A DNA stretch of 64,000 nucleotides from an uncultured virus (IMG/VR IMGVR_UViG_3300025128_000022) (IMGVR_UViG_3300025128_000022), one strand, 5' to 3'; shown: positions 51,307 through 60,477, counted from the first letter of the stretch. Numbers and translations: made by a program. Notes: generated by a model not told the origin, from the sequence alone.

Positions 51307-53723
51307 ATATCTAATTTACTATTATATTCCAACTCATGTTTGCTTCTAAACCTAATCCACTTTCCTGATGCATCTCTTCCTTCTTCCGGCGGCACACCTT
51401 GTTTAAATACTCCATATGCTGTAAGCCATTTATAAAATCTTGTTCTTGATATAGTCATTTTAGCTTTCGGTCCATAGTCAGGATTCTCTTCGATAAAATT
51501 AAAGTATAAATCTTGTTTACGCAAATGCATATTTGGTTTTAATAAATCATTTGGTTCGTGACCTGTTACTAATCCACACCATTCAATAAAGTCATGGGAT
51601 GTTTCTGCTGACAGCTGTCTCACTTTTAAATTTACAAATACTGATTGAATTAATCCCTTTTCTAAATATAGTTGTAAACAAGATATCATGTAGTTATCAA
51701 ACTCACACCACATATCTTCATCCCAATCTCCAAACATAAGTTTACCAAATTCATCAAAAGGTGTAAAGGTTTTATTATAATATTGATGTAACTCTAACTC
51801 CCATTTTCTTCTTGCAAAAGAATTACCTGCACCCTTAATAGCATAATTAGTTGTGATAGCTATTTTAGGAGACTTGCTAAAAGGAATTTTGATTGCATCT
51901 TTGTTTTTCTTTTCAAGTGTTAAACCCTCCGTAATAAGACTAAATAATCTCTCAAAATCGAAATACTTTTTTACATCATCAAAACATAATATCTGTGTAT
52001 CAGCAGAAACTAGCTGATATGCAAACGACCTTTCAAATGCAAAACTTTTACCATCAATGGTAACTAATTTTTTCATATGAGATAAAGCATTCATAAACAA
52101 GCCCTTACCTGTACCACCTTCAGGGTTGTCGCTTATAACCTCATCATTCAAGATTACAGCCGGACAAAAAGAAAGGTTTTTATAGCCATGCATCATAAAC
52201 CCTATTGTTGACTCCATTGACTTTATTCTGCTTTCGTTTTTTGCACAAATATTTGTTATGAAAGTTTTATAATCACAATTATGCATTCCACATTTTTTAA
52301 AGTCTCTATCAATTACATGGTCTTTCCAAACAAAACCTCCCAAGTCTATATAATCAATAGTAGTTACATTATCCTTTGTGATTTTAACAGCACAATTTTT
52401 ATAATATAAGTAGGATGTATTTTTATTATCAGCAATAAAATATATATTGACTGATGAAAGTAAAGTTAAAAATTCGTCTTTAAAAAACCTTGTATTGTCA
52501 GCAAAGTAATTGTAAATAGAAAGGTCGTCAAGCTCTATCAATCCACTTAATATAAAATCTTTTATTTCTTTTTCAGTAGTATGGTCAATGAGATTGTTTT
52601 GAACTCTTACAAACACATAATTCTTACTACCTTCAGGACAAAATTTATAGAACCCATTGTCTTCCAAGTATTCTTTAAATAAAACATGAACTATCTTTAT
52701 AGTACCCTTATCGTTTTTTACCCAAAAAGTTTGGTTATTGTTAGACTCTTCTGCTTTATTTAAGACTGAATCTATTATCGCTTTATCAAGTTTTGACTCC
52801 TCTAATTGAGTTCTAACTTCTTTTTTTGAAACCCCTCTCCTTAACTTTCCTTTTACTTGATTTACTTTTTCTTCATCCTCATAAAATTTAGTACCAAAGT
52901 TTTGGGATTGAGAATATGCTGAATCTATTGTTCTTTCTATTTCTCTTGTTGTAAAATCTTTAGTGCTAAACTGCCCAAGCACATAGGATGCGAGACTCTT
53001 GTTTACTCCAAAATCATTTAGAGCTGATGCAAGAACATAAGCATTCTGATTTCTTTGTCCTTCCGTCATTGGATATTTTTTACTCCACCATTTAAGTAAA
53101 ATATCTACAATTTTATTCTCATCAGTAATAGGAATTGTTAATGGGTCTTTATTTATATTAACTTCTGTATATTCTTCTTCCTCTATCTTGTCCCAAATTT
53201 TAGAGTTTTTATTTATATGAATGATAGGGTCATAAGACTCATAACAAACTCTTGATAAGTTCTTTGAGGTTACATCAAAGTAGGAGGAGTTAAAATGTTT
53301 TTCTAAAGAATTAAAATACTTTGTATGATTCTCTGCGTCTGCCGGTATCTTTACCAATACTTTTAATCCGTTTCCGGAAGGTGATACAAAGACAGCATAC
53401 ACAAACTTGTTAGAGCTTAACGTCTCCTTGTCAAGCATTAATGATTTAAAATCAGGATATCCATCAAAGTCTAGACATATAATTCCACTATGTAAGATGA
53501 GTGAGTTGTCAGCTCTTTTATTAAATGTACCTGAAAAACAGATAGCCGGTAATTGTTTTTTTAATTCATTCCGGTCTGCCTTTTTCTTTTCCTTTCTTAT
53601 CTTTTGAACCAACTCCTTTGAATCTGAACCTTCTTTGATTCTTTCTAGTATTGTATCTATACCTACATGGTATGGAGTGATGGTTTCTTTAATATTTTTG
53701 AATATAGTTACTTGTTGTGTCAT
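51303..53723 (-). CDS. Primase-helicase (BT4734/VirE N-terminal domain + PriCT + SF3-like ATPase)
   Basis: KKQLPAICFSG, LDFD, SPSGNGLK, EGQRN, GGTGKG, FDD, ITTN. Confidence 0.8.
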   Translation of the reverse strand: MTQQVTIFKNIKETITPYHVGIDTILERIKEGSDSKELVQKIRKEKKKADRNELKKQLPAICFSGTFNKRADNSLILHSGIICLDFDGYPDFKSLMLDKETLSSNKFVYAVFVSPSGNGLKVLVKIPADAENHTKYFNSLEKHFNSSYFDVTSKNLSRVCYESYDPIIHINKNSKIWDKIEEEEYTEVNINKDPLTIPITDENKIVDILLKWWSKKYPMTEGQRNQNAYVLASALNDFGVNKSLASYVLGQFSTKDFTTREIERTIDSAYSQSQNFGTKFYEDEEKVNQVKGKLRRGVSKKEVRTQLEESKLDKAIIDSVLNKAEESNNNQTFWVKNDKGTIKIVHVLFKEYLEDNGFYKFCPEGSKNYVFVRVQNNLIDHTTEKEIKDFILSGLIELDDLSIYNYFADNTRFFKDEFLTLLSSVNIYFIADNKNTSYLYYKNCAVKITKDNVTTIDYIDLGGFVWKDHVIDRDFKKCGMHNCDYKTFITNICAKNESRIKSMESTIGFMMHGYKNLSFCPAVILNDEVISDNPEGGTGKGLFMNALSHMKKLVTIDGKSFAFERSFAYQLVSADTQILCFDDVKKYFDFERLFSLITEGLTLEKKNKDAIKIPFSKSPKIAITTNYAIKGAGNSFARRKWELELHQYYNKTFTPFDEFGKLMFGDWDEDMWCEFDNYMISCLQLYLEKGLIQSVFVNLKVRQLSAETSHDFIEWCGLVTGHEPNDLLKPNMHLRKQDLYFNFIEENPDYGPKAKMTISRTRFYKWLTAYGVFKQGVPPEEGRDASGKWIRFRSKHELEYNSKLDI

Positions 53724-53899
53724 TTTAATGTTGATTTTATGTTGATTTTTTATTTATAACTCGTTGATTATCAGTATCTGTGTTAAAAATGTTATATATA
53801 TTATTACTTAAGGATAAAAAAAATAAAAAAAATATATATAAAAACTATATAGCTCTATATAGAGCTCGAAAATTAACATTTCGACACAAAAAAAAGCAG

Positions 53900-53923
53900 A
53901 AAAAAGGAGGAAAAATCCTCCTT
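53900..53923 (-). terminator. Intrinsic terminator
   Basis: Minus strand AAGGAGGA-tttt-TCCTCCTT + T run. Confidence 0.7.
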
Positions 53924-53944
53924 AATTCTACAAGAATAGCATAG

Positions 53945-54211
53945 TTAGAATGGTAAATCAGTATCAACAGCTTTTGGCTGAGGTGCTGATTTTTCTTCTT
54001 CGGCTTTCACATATGGTGTCTCTACTTTAATACTAATATACTTTTCACCTGATTGAGTAGTTGATACCCAACCGGCTAAAGAATACTGAACTCCGTTAGG
54101 GTCAGCACATCCACCTTTGTAATCAGGATGTGTTTCCTTTTCTTTGTATTGATTTTTAAATAGACTCCCACTCGATGCTTTGTGTACATACTTCTTTTCT
54201 TGGTCTGCCAT
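53945..54211 (-). CDS. Putative ssDNA-binding protein
   Basis: GSLFKN...HPDYKG...LAGW; acidic DLPF tail. Confidence 0.7.
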   Translation of the reverse strand: MADQEKKYVHKASSGSLFKNQYKEKETHPDYKGGCADPNGVQYSLAGWVSTTQSGEKYISIKVETPYVKAEEEKSAPQPKAVDTDLPF

Positions 54212-54380
54212 GATTATTGATTTTAATATTACGTTCCAAATGATTAATTGTTGAGATGATTATATTTGTTTTATCATCAATACTATCAGCAGTCATCGGA
54301 ACTTGAACCCACATAATAGTATTAGGAGGAGTTCTCTTTGGAAGATAACTCCACATTTTTTTAAATGTTTTTTTTAACAT
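54156..54380 (-). CDS. Hypothetical protein
   Basis: 74 aa ORF overlapping neighbours. Confidence 0.5.
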   Translation of the reverse strand: MLKKTFKKMWSYLPKRTPPNTIMWVQVPMTADSIDDKTNIIISTINHLERNIKINNHGRPRKEVCTQSIEWESI

Positions 54381-55101
54381 AATAATTATTTATTTCCTCT
54401 ACCGAAACATTATCATTGGCAAAGAATTGATTATATACTTCTACTGCCTGTTTGACTTTCTCTTCACCTTTAGCTAATGCTAACTCACTTGTTTTAAAAA
54501 CACCACATATCCCAAATCTTTCAGGACTCTTGTCTATTGCTATAAAGATAACAGGTTTTCCAAACAAATGTTGATAGATAAATGCTTGGCTATCATAATT
54601 ATAATAATAACTATTAATATGAAATTTAGAAATATCACTTGTGCTTTTTAAATCAATTACATATTCGTCAGAAATAATATCAGCTTTACCTTTCCATTCT
54701 ACACCAAACAATTCTTTTATTTGAGGTTGTTCATATATATTATTAGGATTTTTAATCATGCTAAAAAGCTCAATGTTTTCAAACAATATATCCACTAGCA
54801 TCTCACACTCATCAGCTTCCTTTTGTAATAATCGTATATTACCATCATTACACGCTTCCTTATAAACTTTCGTGTTACGGCTAGACGCTTCTACTATCTC
54901 AAAGTTTTTTGCCTTCTCCGGCTCTAAAATTAATTGATGAAAGTATCTGCCATATAAAAAATTTTTATTGTCAGGTTGCTCTTGCCTAAATAATTTAGGG
55001 TGTGTGAGGAGCTGATTAATATTTGAGTTAGATAAATAGTTACGACCAATCCCATTATAATATTCGTGGTCGTCTTTTAACTTTTCTATTATATCCATCA
55101 T
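54361..55101 (-). CDS. RecE-like PD-(D/E)xK exonuclease
   Basis: LSNS, GRYFH, KGKADI...IDLKST, YDSQAFIY. Confidence 0.75.
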   Translation of the reverse strand: MMDIIEKLKDDHEYYNGIGRNYLSNSNINQLLTHPKLFRQEQPDNKNFLYGRYFHQLILEPEKAKNFEIVEASSRNTKVYKEACNDGNIRLLQKEADECEMLVDILFENIELFSMIKNPNNIYEQPQIKELFGVEWKGKADIISDEYVIDLKSTSDISKFHINSYYYNYDSQAFIYQHLFGKPVIFIAIDKSPERFGICGVFKTSELALAKGEEKVKQAVEVYNQFFANDNVSVEEINNYYVKKNI

Positions 55102-55652
55102 ACTAGTTCTTTAAAGTTTTTTGCAATAGCAGTAGCATACTCATCGTCAATATGATACATTTTTCTTAACTCTGTACCACACCACTTTAACCCTTTAGAT
55201 TTATTTTTAGCTATAAACTCTAATGCAACAGCATAATTATCTCCAACATTTATAGAGGGTAGTTTGGTTATTTGATTAAAATGAACAGCTTCTTTTTTTG
55301 GAGAGCTATTCAATTTCGCATTTGCTACCTCATCATAGGACGCTACTGAACTATCAAGACCTATGCCTAAATTAGCTAAAGCACGACCCCATGCACTTGT
55401 TTCGCAGTTCTCTACATAAGAGGTTTTATTAATAAAGCTACTTCCTTTTACTTCTTCGGCTAAACCGGTAGCGATTACCTTCCCTTCACTATTAGTAATA
55501 ACAGCTTTTATAAGAATAGAACTATTAGTCTTTTCCACCACTTCTGATAGTAAAGAATAGTCTTTGTAGTTGGCTCTGAAATACTTTAGTCGTTCATGAA
55601 CCTCAACGTAAGGTTTCCCTTTAACGTCAATAGTTTTTAATTTTTTAGTCAT
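55098..55652 (-). CDS. Putative single-strand annealing protein (Sak/Rad52-like)
   Basis: KGKPYVEVHERL, ENCETSAWGRALANLGIG; adjacent to exonuclease and SSB. Confidence 0.65.
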   Translation of the reverse strand: MTKKLKTIDVKGKPYVEVHERLKYFRANYKDYSLLSEVVEKTNSSILIKAVITNSEGKVIATGLAEEVKGSSFINKTSYVENCETSAWGRALANLGIGLDSSVASYDEVANAKLNSSPKKEAVHFNQITKLPSINVGDNYAVALEFIAKNKSKGLKWCGTELRKMYHIDDEYATAIAKNFKELV

Positions 55653-55657
55653 AATAT

Positions 55658-56062
55658 TTATTTAATTTGATTTAATTTTTGTGAAACTTTGGCAAACCTC
55701 TGCATTATTCGTTCTCGATTTGCTTTGAGACTTTGAATATGCTTTGCGTTTTTACGGGAGTTCACTTCATCCCTTATTTTACTTTCAATTATATCTAGCT
55801 TTGACCTATAATTAGATAATGCTAGATTAAATACACCATACCTCCAACCTCCATCGAAAAAAAATTCTAAATCTTTTTCCGGTACAAGAGAATAAAAGTC
55901 TCCACCTTTCGTGGTGTTGTGTATATTTATTTCTCCGGTGTGAGTAATTTTTTCAATACGGATTCCATACAATATATTAGCTTCCATACCATCACCATTT
56001 AAAGATGCTGTGTAGCTATCTTCTTGTGCTTGTTTAAGTATGTCTGTTAGATTGTAACGCAT
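55658..56062 (-). CDS. Hypothetical protein
   Basis: 134 aa ORF. Confidence 0.65.
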   Translation of the reverse strand: MRYNLTDILKQAQEDSYTASLNGDGMEANILYGIRIEKITHTGEINIHNTTKGGDFYSLVPEKDLEFFFDGGWRYGVFNLALSNYRSKLDIIESKIRDEVNSRKNAKHIQSLKANRERIMQRFAKVSQKLNQIK

Positions 56063-56355
56063 TCATCTATACTTTTACAAACAGCTATAAAATCTTTATC
56101 TCTTACCTTATCATCCTCTACTGCATTAATCCCATGAATAATGGATGAATGTCCAATATGGTATCCACTCTCTTTCATAAATTGCTCGATATAAGTTAAC
56201 TTCATAGGTCTTTTTATACACAAAAAATATAACATATGCCTAGCATCAACTACGGCTCTAGTTTTATCTTTTGAAAATAATTTATCTGTTGTAATATTGT
56301 GAACTTCTGCTACCTTTTGAGCATACTTATTGAATATTTCTTTTTTATAATTCAT
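56047..56355 (-). CDS. Stand-alone DnaA domain IV-like HTH protein
   Basis: VAEVHNIT..LFSKDKTRAVVDARHMLYFL...HSSIIHG. Confidence 0.75.
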   Translation of the reverse strand: MNYKKEIFNKYAQKVAEVHNITTDKLFSKDKTRAVVDARHMLYFLCIKRPMKLTYIEQFMKESGYHIGHSSIIHGINAVEDDKVRDKDFIAVCKSIDECVTI

Positions 56356-56379
56356 CTATAATTTAATTTGATTTAAAAA

Positions 56380-56467
56380 TTTAAAGGGGGAGAAACAAAA
56401 ACATTTAATATTATGGAACGCTCTTATACATCCCTCTAGATTAATAATAACAAACTCCCCCTTTAAA
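56380..56467. repeat. Perfect 13-bp inverted repeat enclosing 62 nt
   Basis: TTTAAAGGGGGAG (56380-56392) / CTCCCCCTTTAAA (56455-56467). Confidence 0.85.
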
Positions 56468-56483
56468 CCAACATTATGAACCG

Positions 56484-56491
56484 CAAATATA
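56484..56491 (-). promoter_or_regulatory. Bacteroidota -7 element TATATTTG
   Basis: Intergenic, upstream of recombination/replication operon. Confidence 0.7.
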
Positions 56492-56499
56492 TTCATTGT

Positions 56500-56823
56500 T
56501 TATTTCTTGTGCAAATTTTCACGAGCAATAATTAATAAAATTATGTACCCACACAAGTCAAACAATGTGTCTTCTGTTTTATCCGACAAACCTTTATTAC
56601 TAATCCTAGCTAATTTATCGTCTATCCTTGCAGATAGTCCGTCAATAGCATTAGCTTTGGAAAAAATATTTAGAGGAGTGAGTGCAGAGTTTCCGTATGC
56701 TGTGTTTTTATCTATAAGCATCTTATAAACTTTTGCAGTAACCTCTTTTATTTTGTCGGTGTTTGGATTTATTTTTTCTTTTGTCTTGAGGATTTCTTTA
56801 CCCTCGTTTAAATAGTGGTTCAT
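56500..56823 (-). CDS. DUF1599/Nmad1-like alpha-helical protein
   Basis: KNTAYGNS...RIDDKLARI...EDTLFDLCGY. Confidence 0.75.
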   Translation of the reverse strand: MNHYLNEGKEILKTKEKINPNTDKIKEVTAKVYKMLIDKNTAYGNSALTPLNIFSKANAIDGLSARIDDKLARISNKGLSDKTEDTLFDLCGYIILLIIARENLHKK

Positions 56824-57218
56824 TGATTTGTTGCGTCTTTAATATAGGGAGCAGTAATGTGTCCGGCTATAATGTTATACAAAATTTTCTCACCCTCTGC
56901 TTTAGACAGGCAAGTGTGATAGTTATTATAATACCTGATATAATATTTTTTACCCATTTGTTGCAACAGCATAGAACCTACATACCGATATATATATTCG
57001 GCATCTTTTTCAACCATCAACCCCATATCAATTAATGAGATGTCTCGTTTATAATAATTTGCCATGTAGTTTTTATACTTCATTTTTCTGCCTGTCGCCT
57101 TAAACTTTGTAAGACTCATTGGTTTTTTACCCTCATATTGTTGTATCTTTTGGATATAACTTTTGTTAGGTTTTTTTTGGAGCTTTTCTGTAAGCACCTC
57201 GTGATTTAATATATTCAT
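56820..57218 (-). CDS. Hypothetical protein
   Basis: 132 aa ORF. Confidence 0.6.
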   Translation of the reverse strand: MNILNHEVLTEKLQKKPNKSYIQKIQQYEGKKPMSLTKFKATGRKMKYKNYMANYYKRDISLIDMGLMVEKDAEYIYRYVGSMLLQQMGKKYYIRYYNNYHTCLSKAEGEKILYNIIAGHITAPYIKDATNQ

Positions 57219-57224
57219 AGTTAT

Positions 57225-57407
57225 TTATTTTAATGCATCCGTACTTTTTACCCACCAATGTCCGTTGATGAGTTTCTTTTCAACATCTCCCCAATGATTC
57301 TTTACCTTGTCAGACAGGTGTCTGTTAAGATGAGTTCGGAGCTGTCGATTCTGCTCCTTTTCATTTAGATATAGTTGAAATATCTTTTGGTCTTTTTTTA
57401 TCGCCAT
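57225..57407 (-). CDS. Hypothetical protein
   Basis: 60 aa ORF. Confidence 0.55.
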   Translation of the reverse strand: MAIKKDQKIFQLYLNEKEQNRQLRTHLNRHLSDKVKNHWGDVEKKLINGHWWVKSTDALK

Positions 57408-57558
57408 TTTTATTTAATTTTTTATGGTCAACAAAACGCTTTCTGTGATTCACCTTTCCACTATATTTAAAGTAATGGTTTAGGTCAATCACATTGCGTT
57501 GTTGCACCTTGTTTGTCTCCTGTTGTAAACGGAGAAATTTAATTATATGTTTGGTCAT
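57361..57558 (-). CDS. Hypothetical protein
   Basis: 65 aa ORF. Confidence 0.55.
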   Translation of the reverse strand: MTKHIIKFLRLQQETNKVQQRNVIDLNHYFKYSGKVNHRKRFVDHKKLNKNGDKKRPKDISTISK

Positions 57559-57653
57559 AGGTTACTACGAATCCAAAGGTATATCAAACACAATATTGCA
57601 CCGATGAATGATACAAAGGTAGCAATATATTTGTCTCTCATTTTATTACTCAT
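57555..57653 (-). CDS. Small membrane peptide (32 aa), not in ORF track
   Basis: MSNKMRDKYIATFVSFIGAILCLIYLWIRSNL; overlaps both neighbours. Confidence 0.5.
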   Translation of the reverse strand: MSNKMRDKYIATFVSFIGAILCLIYLWIRSNL

Positions 57654-57858
57654 AATTTATTTTTATTTTAAATCGGTCAATCAGCATCAGCTCTATCTCA
57701 TCATACTTTTCGTTAAAAAAATCTTGTGCATGTTCTGTATAGCTAAAGCAATCAGACTCTTTATCATGCACCCAAGTTGCTTCACCAAATCTTTCAGTAG
57801 TAATTAGACAAGCAACCTCGCATACCACTTCCTTAAATACTTCGTTAGATATTCCCAT
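57646..57858 (-). CDS. Hypothetical protein
   Basis: 70 aa acidic ORF. Confidence 0.65.
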   Translation of the reverse strand: MGISNEVFKEVVCEVACLITTERFGEATWVHDKESDCFSYTEHAQDFFNEKYDEIELMLIDRFKIKINYE

Positions 57859-57860
57859 AG

Positions 57861-58037
57861 TTATTTTTTATAATGTTCTCTATATAAATCGGCTCTGTAT
57901 GATATTTCACTACTACTTATTAATACATTAGTATCGTTATTTACTTCTATATAGACACTCGTTTTGTCGGTGTCTGCCCACGCTACTATATCGTTCATTT
58001 CAAACCATCTAATAGCATCTTTTGTTTCCTCTATCAT
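57861..58037 (-). CDS. Hypothetical protein (MIEETKDA..., 58 aa), not in ORF track
   Basis: Read from sequence; AACTATG start context. Confidence 0.6.
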   Translation of the reverse strand: MIEETKDAIRWFEMNDIVAWADTDKTSVYIEVNNDTNVLISSSEISYRADLYREHYKK

Positions 58038-58043
58038 AGTTAT

Positions 58044-58211
58044 TTATTTATTTCCTAATACTTTATCAATTACTCTTTCAGCATCTTCACACCCCTCCAC
58101 CATTTTACTATCAGCATAATCAAAGAGCGTGTCGTTATGGTCTTCAAGCAACGCCACTTTTGTTTGCAACGCTCTTACTTGTTCGTGTAAAAAATCTATT
58201 GTTTCTTGCAT
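58044..58211 (-). CDS. Hypothetical coiled-coil protein (MQETIDFL..., 55 aa), not in ORF track
   Basis: Read from sequence; AT-rich leader. Confidence 0.6.
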   Translation of the reverse strand: MQETIDFLHEQVRALQTKVALLEDHNDTLFDYADSKMVEGCEDAERVIDKVLGNK

Positions 58212-58349
58212 TTATATTTAATTTTAAATTAATAATAATAGGCAGAGAGTAGGGCTACGTTAAACAACTGCGTGGGTTAGCTCTCTTTTAAAAGTTCCAC
58301 TCCTTTACTTACCTAATTTTATTTGTAACCCTGTGTTACAGGTGTTACA

Positions 58350-58706
58350 TTAATCAATCAGTTCTATATCAGAGATTTCAATCTCATCTTCCTCGCTATC
58401 CTCATCTACTAGCCAAGCCGGAAGAGTATCTCTCTCTTCAAAGATATTGTCTAATGTGTAGCTGATTTCATTGTGGTCAATGAGTTCTTGAATAAATACA
58501 TTCCCCCAATACTTAAGGTCATCATAATCGGAGAACATCCACTCTGCAAACCTTTTGCGAGTAATTGTGTATCTCTTTTTTGAATGTGATTTTGTTACAT
58601 GCTCTTCTACTTTCTTTAAGTAGTCGTTCCAAGTATAAGGGATGTCTCCCAATAATTCTCTGTGTCTCTTTTTTTGCTCTAGACCGAGCCACCTTTTTTC
58701 TCTCAT
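58350..58706 (-). CDS. Hypothetical early protein
   Basis: 118 aa, acidic tail. Confidence 0.65.
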   Translation of the reverse strand: MREKRWLGLEQKKRHRELLGDIPYTWNDYLKKVEEHVTKSHSKKRYTITRKRFAEWMFSDYDDLKYWGNVFIQELIDHNEISYTLDNIFEERDTLPAWLVDEDSEEDEIEISDIELID

Positions 58707-58960
58707 AATTTTCTTGATTTTAGTTTATAATTATCTTCAGCTACGTCTTTAAGAACTCCCCATATATGTTCTATTGTACAGGGATGTTCCATTACCTCAA
58801 CAAGTAACTCCATAGCTGTATCTGAATCCGTATCATACAATTCTTGTACGTCAAATACATTCCATAAGTTAGCTGTTTGGTAGCCGTTTCTTTCAAGGAT
58901 TACTTTAGCATCGTGTATCCTCTCGTAGCTAGATTCATACTTTTTAAAAGTGTGTTCCAT
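58703..58960 (-). CDS. Hypothetical early protein
   Basis: 85 aa ORF. Confidence 0.65.
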   Translation of the reverse strand: MEHTFKKYESSYERIHDAKVILERNGYQTANLWNVFDVQELYDTDSDTAMELLVEVMEHPCTIEHIWGVLKDVAEDNYKLKSRKL

Positions 58961-58970
58961 AGTTTTTGAT

Positions 58971-59522
58971 TTAGTTATTAATTACTCTTACTCTTTTCGC
59001 ATTCCCCTCGCCTTGTTCAATAGAAAAGATATCGCCATATACTTCTAACGTCTTATCCAATACATCAAAAGCTCGATATACTTTTATGATTGTCGACTTC
59101 TCTTCAATCCATTCTTTTTCTTCACCATTACGCACCCTAATCGTTTGGAGGTGTGCAGTTATGACTCCGGCATCTTCAACATCCTCACCACTAAATCTTA
59201 TCTTACCTTTAAGATAAATTCCTTTAGGTTGGAGAAAGTCAGAGACTATAAACTTAAGCCAATTAACATATTGATAAAACTTTTCAGCTCCGTTCCACGC
59301 TAAACAATGAATGTCGGTTATGCCGTGTTCAACATCGTCAATGATTTCCCATTTATTATATATTGATGGAGCTTTCTCTAGACCTCCTCGATAGTCGCCG
59401 GAGTATTCACCTGTGGTGTCGTGCCTGTCGTTTAGCCAAACTTGATTATACTCATCAAGTTCATCTTGTGTTAACCTTCTTGATAATGCCATCAGTCCGG
59501 TAAAATTGGTTGTGTAACCCAT
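58971..59522 (-). CDS. Conserved phage hypothetical protein
   Basis: MGYTTNFTG...WNGAEKFY...GEDVEDAG. Confidence 0.7.
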   Translation of the reverse strand: MGYTTNFTGLMALSRRLTQDELDEYNQVWLNDRHDTTGEYSGDYRGGLEKAPSIYNKWEIIDDVEHGITDIHCLAWNGAEKFYQYVNWLKFIVSDFLQPKGIYLKGKIRFSGEDVEDAGVITAHLQTIRVRNGEEKEWIEEKSTIIKVYRAFDVLDKTLEVYGDIFSIEQGEGNAKRVRVINN

Positions 59523-59554
59523 AATGTTTAATATTTAATTATAATTTAATTTAG

Positions 59555-59583
59555 TGAACACTTTGAAATCTTGTTCAGGATTT
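59555..59583 (-). ncRNA. Recurring H-type pseudoknot motif (copy A)
   Basis: AAAUC-CUGAACAA-GAUUU-CAAAG-UGUUCA; loop UGAACA pairs with UGUUCA. Confidence 0.6.
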
Positions 59584-59586
59584 TAG

Positions 59587-59705
59587 AAAGCAGACGAGGA
59601 ATCGAACCTCTATATTAATAACCTAACGTCTTGTGTCAAATTGATAAGGGAGTTATGAGTCTCCTTATCTAAAACCACTTCCGAGCACCTTGCTATCATC
59701 TGCTT
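59587..59705 (-). ncRNA. tRNA-like RNA (acceptor stem + T arm, enlarged centre)
   Basis: 5' AAGCAGA pairs with 3' UCUGCUU; GAGG-UUCGAUU-CCUC T arm; own promoter. Confidence 0.55.
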
Positions 59706-59713
59706 AACATTTG

Positions 59714-59721
59714 CAATAATA
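59714..59721 (-). promoter_or_regulatory. Bacteroidota promoter (TATTATTG, TTTG 20 nt upstream)
   Basis: One mismatch to TAnnTTTG with correctly spaced -33. Confidence 0.6.
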
Positions 59722-59763
59722 CGAATTAATAAATTAATAAACAAATTTTAGACGAACTTTTTT

Positions 59764-60477
59764 TTATTGCTCCGGTTTATAATCCGGATTTGGAGCGTTG
59801 TCAGTCGTCAAAACTTGTAGCATAATGGCATCCACAAATTGCTGTAAGATGTGTCCATACTTCTCATCAAAGCTATGGTCTTCTCTCCAATTATTTAGCC
59901 ACCTTTTAAATTCTCGTAGCATAATTGTATTGGTCATAAATCTATCCATCCAATTAAGCATATCTTGATAGTAACGAGTTACTATATACTCCTCGTGAAT
60001 GGTGCAGTTGCCACCACAATAGGAGCAGTCTTCAGCTATCTCCTCAATCTCGCCATCGTCATCTTCCTCTTCGTAATACTCCCAACCACTACCACCACAC
60101 TCACAACAATCCTGAAATACTTCCTCGATGACATTGCAATTGCCATTATTATAATAGTCGTAGTAGAATCTACTAGCAATACGAATCAGCTCTCCATTAA
60201 TGGTTTCGGCTTCAGCAGATTTTGGTACTAGTTTTTTATAAAGCTCATCATACTCTTTTTGATAAGCACCCTCATTGTTCCAATAGGTTTTTCCTAAAGG
60301 TGTTGATTTGCCGTGATGTTCAGCTGTCTTTTCCATCCATTTGCACCAATCGGCTAAAGTTTGTCGAGCATCAATTTTGCTCATACCGAATCTTTTGATT
60401 AGGTAGGGTGTCGCACCGAACATATTCGTCTCGCCGGACATCTGCAATTCGCAGAGATAATTAAAATGTGTGTTCAT
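59764..60477 (-). CDS. Early protein with CxxCxGxG zinc-finger motifs
   Basis: CCECGGSG and CSYCGGNC; N-terminal SGETNMFGA module. Confidence 0.7.
   Translation of the reverse strand: MNTHFNYLCELQMSGETNMFGATPYLIKRFGMSKIDARQTLADWCKWMEKTAEHHGKSTPLGKTYWNNEGAYQKEYDELYKKLVPKSAEAETINGELIRIASRFYYDYYNNGNCNVIEEVFQDCCECGGSGWEYYEEEDDDGEIEEIAEDCSYCGGNCTIHEEYIVTRYYQDMLNWMDRFMTNTIMLREFKRWLNNWREDHSFDEKYGHILQQFVDAIMLQVLTTDNAPNPDYKPEQ

Noticed and set aside
58245..58290. Pistol ribozyme (TAGGGCTACGTTAAA resemblance)
   Set aside because: P1 partner and pseudoknot complement not found, and it is on the non-coding strand
59587..59705. Canonical tRNA-Met or tmRNA
   Set aside because: Spacing does not fit a cloverleaf, no CCA, too short for tmRNA and no G3-U alanine identity pair
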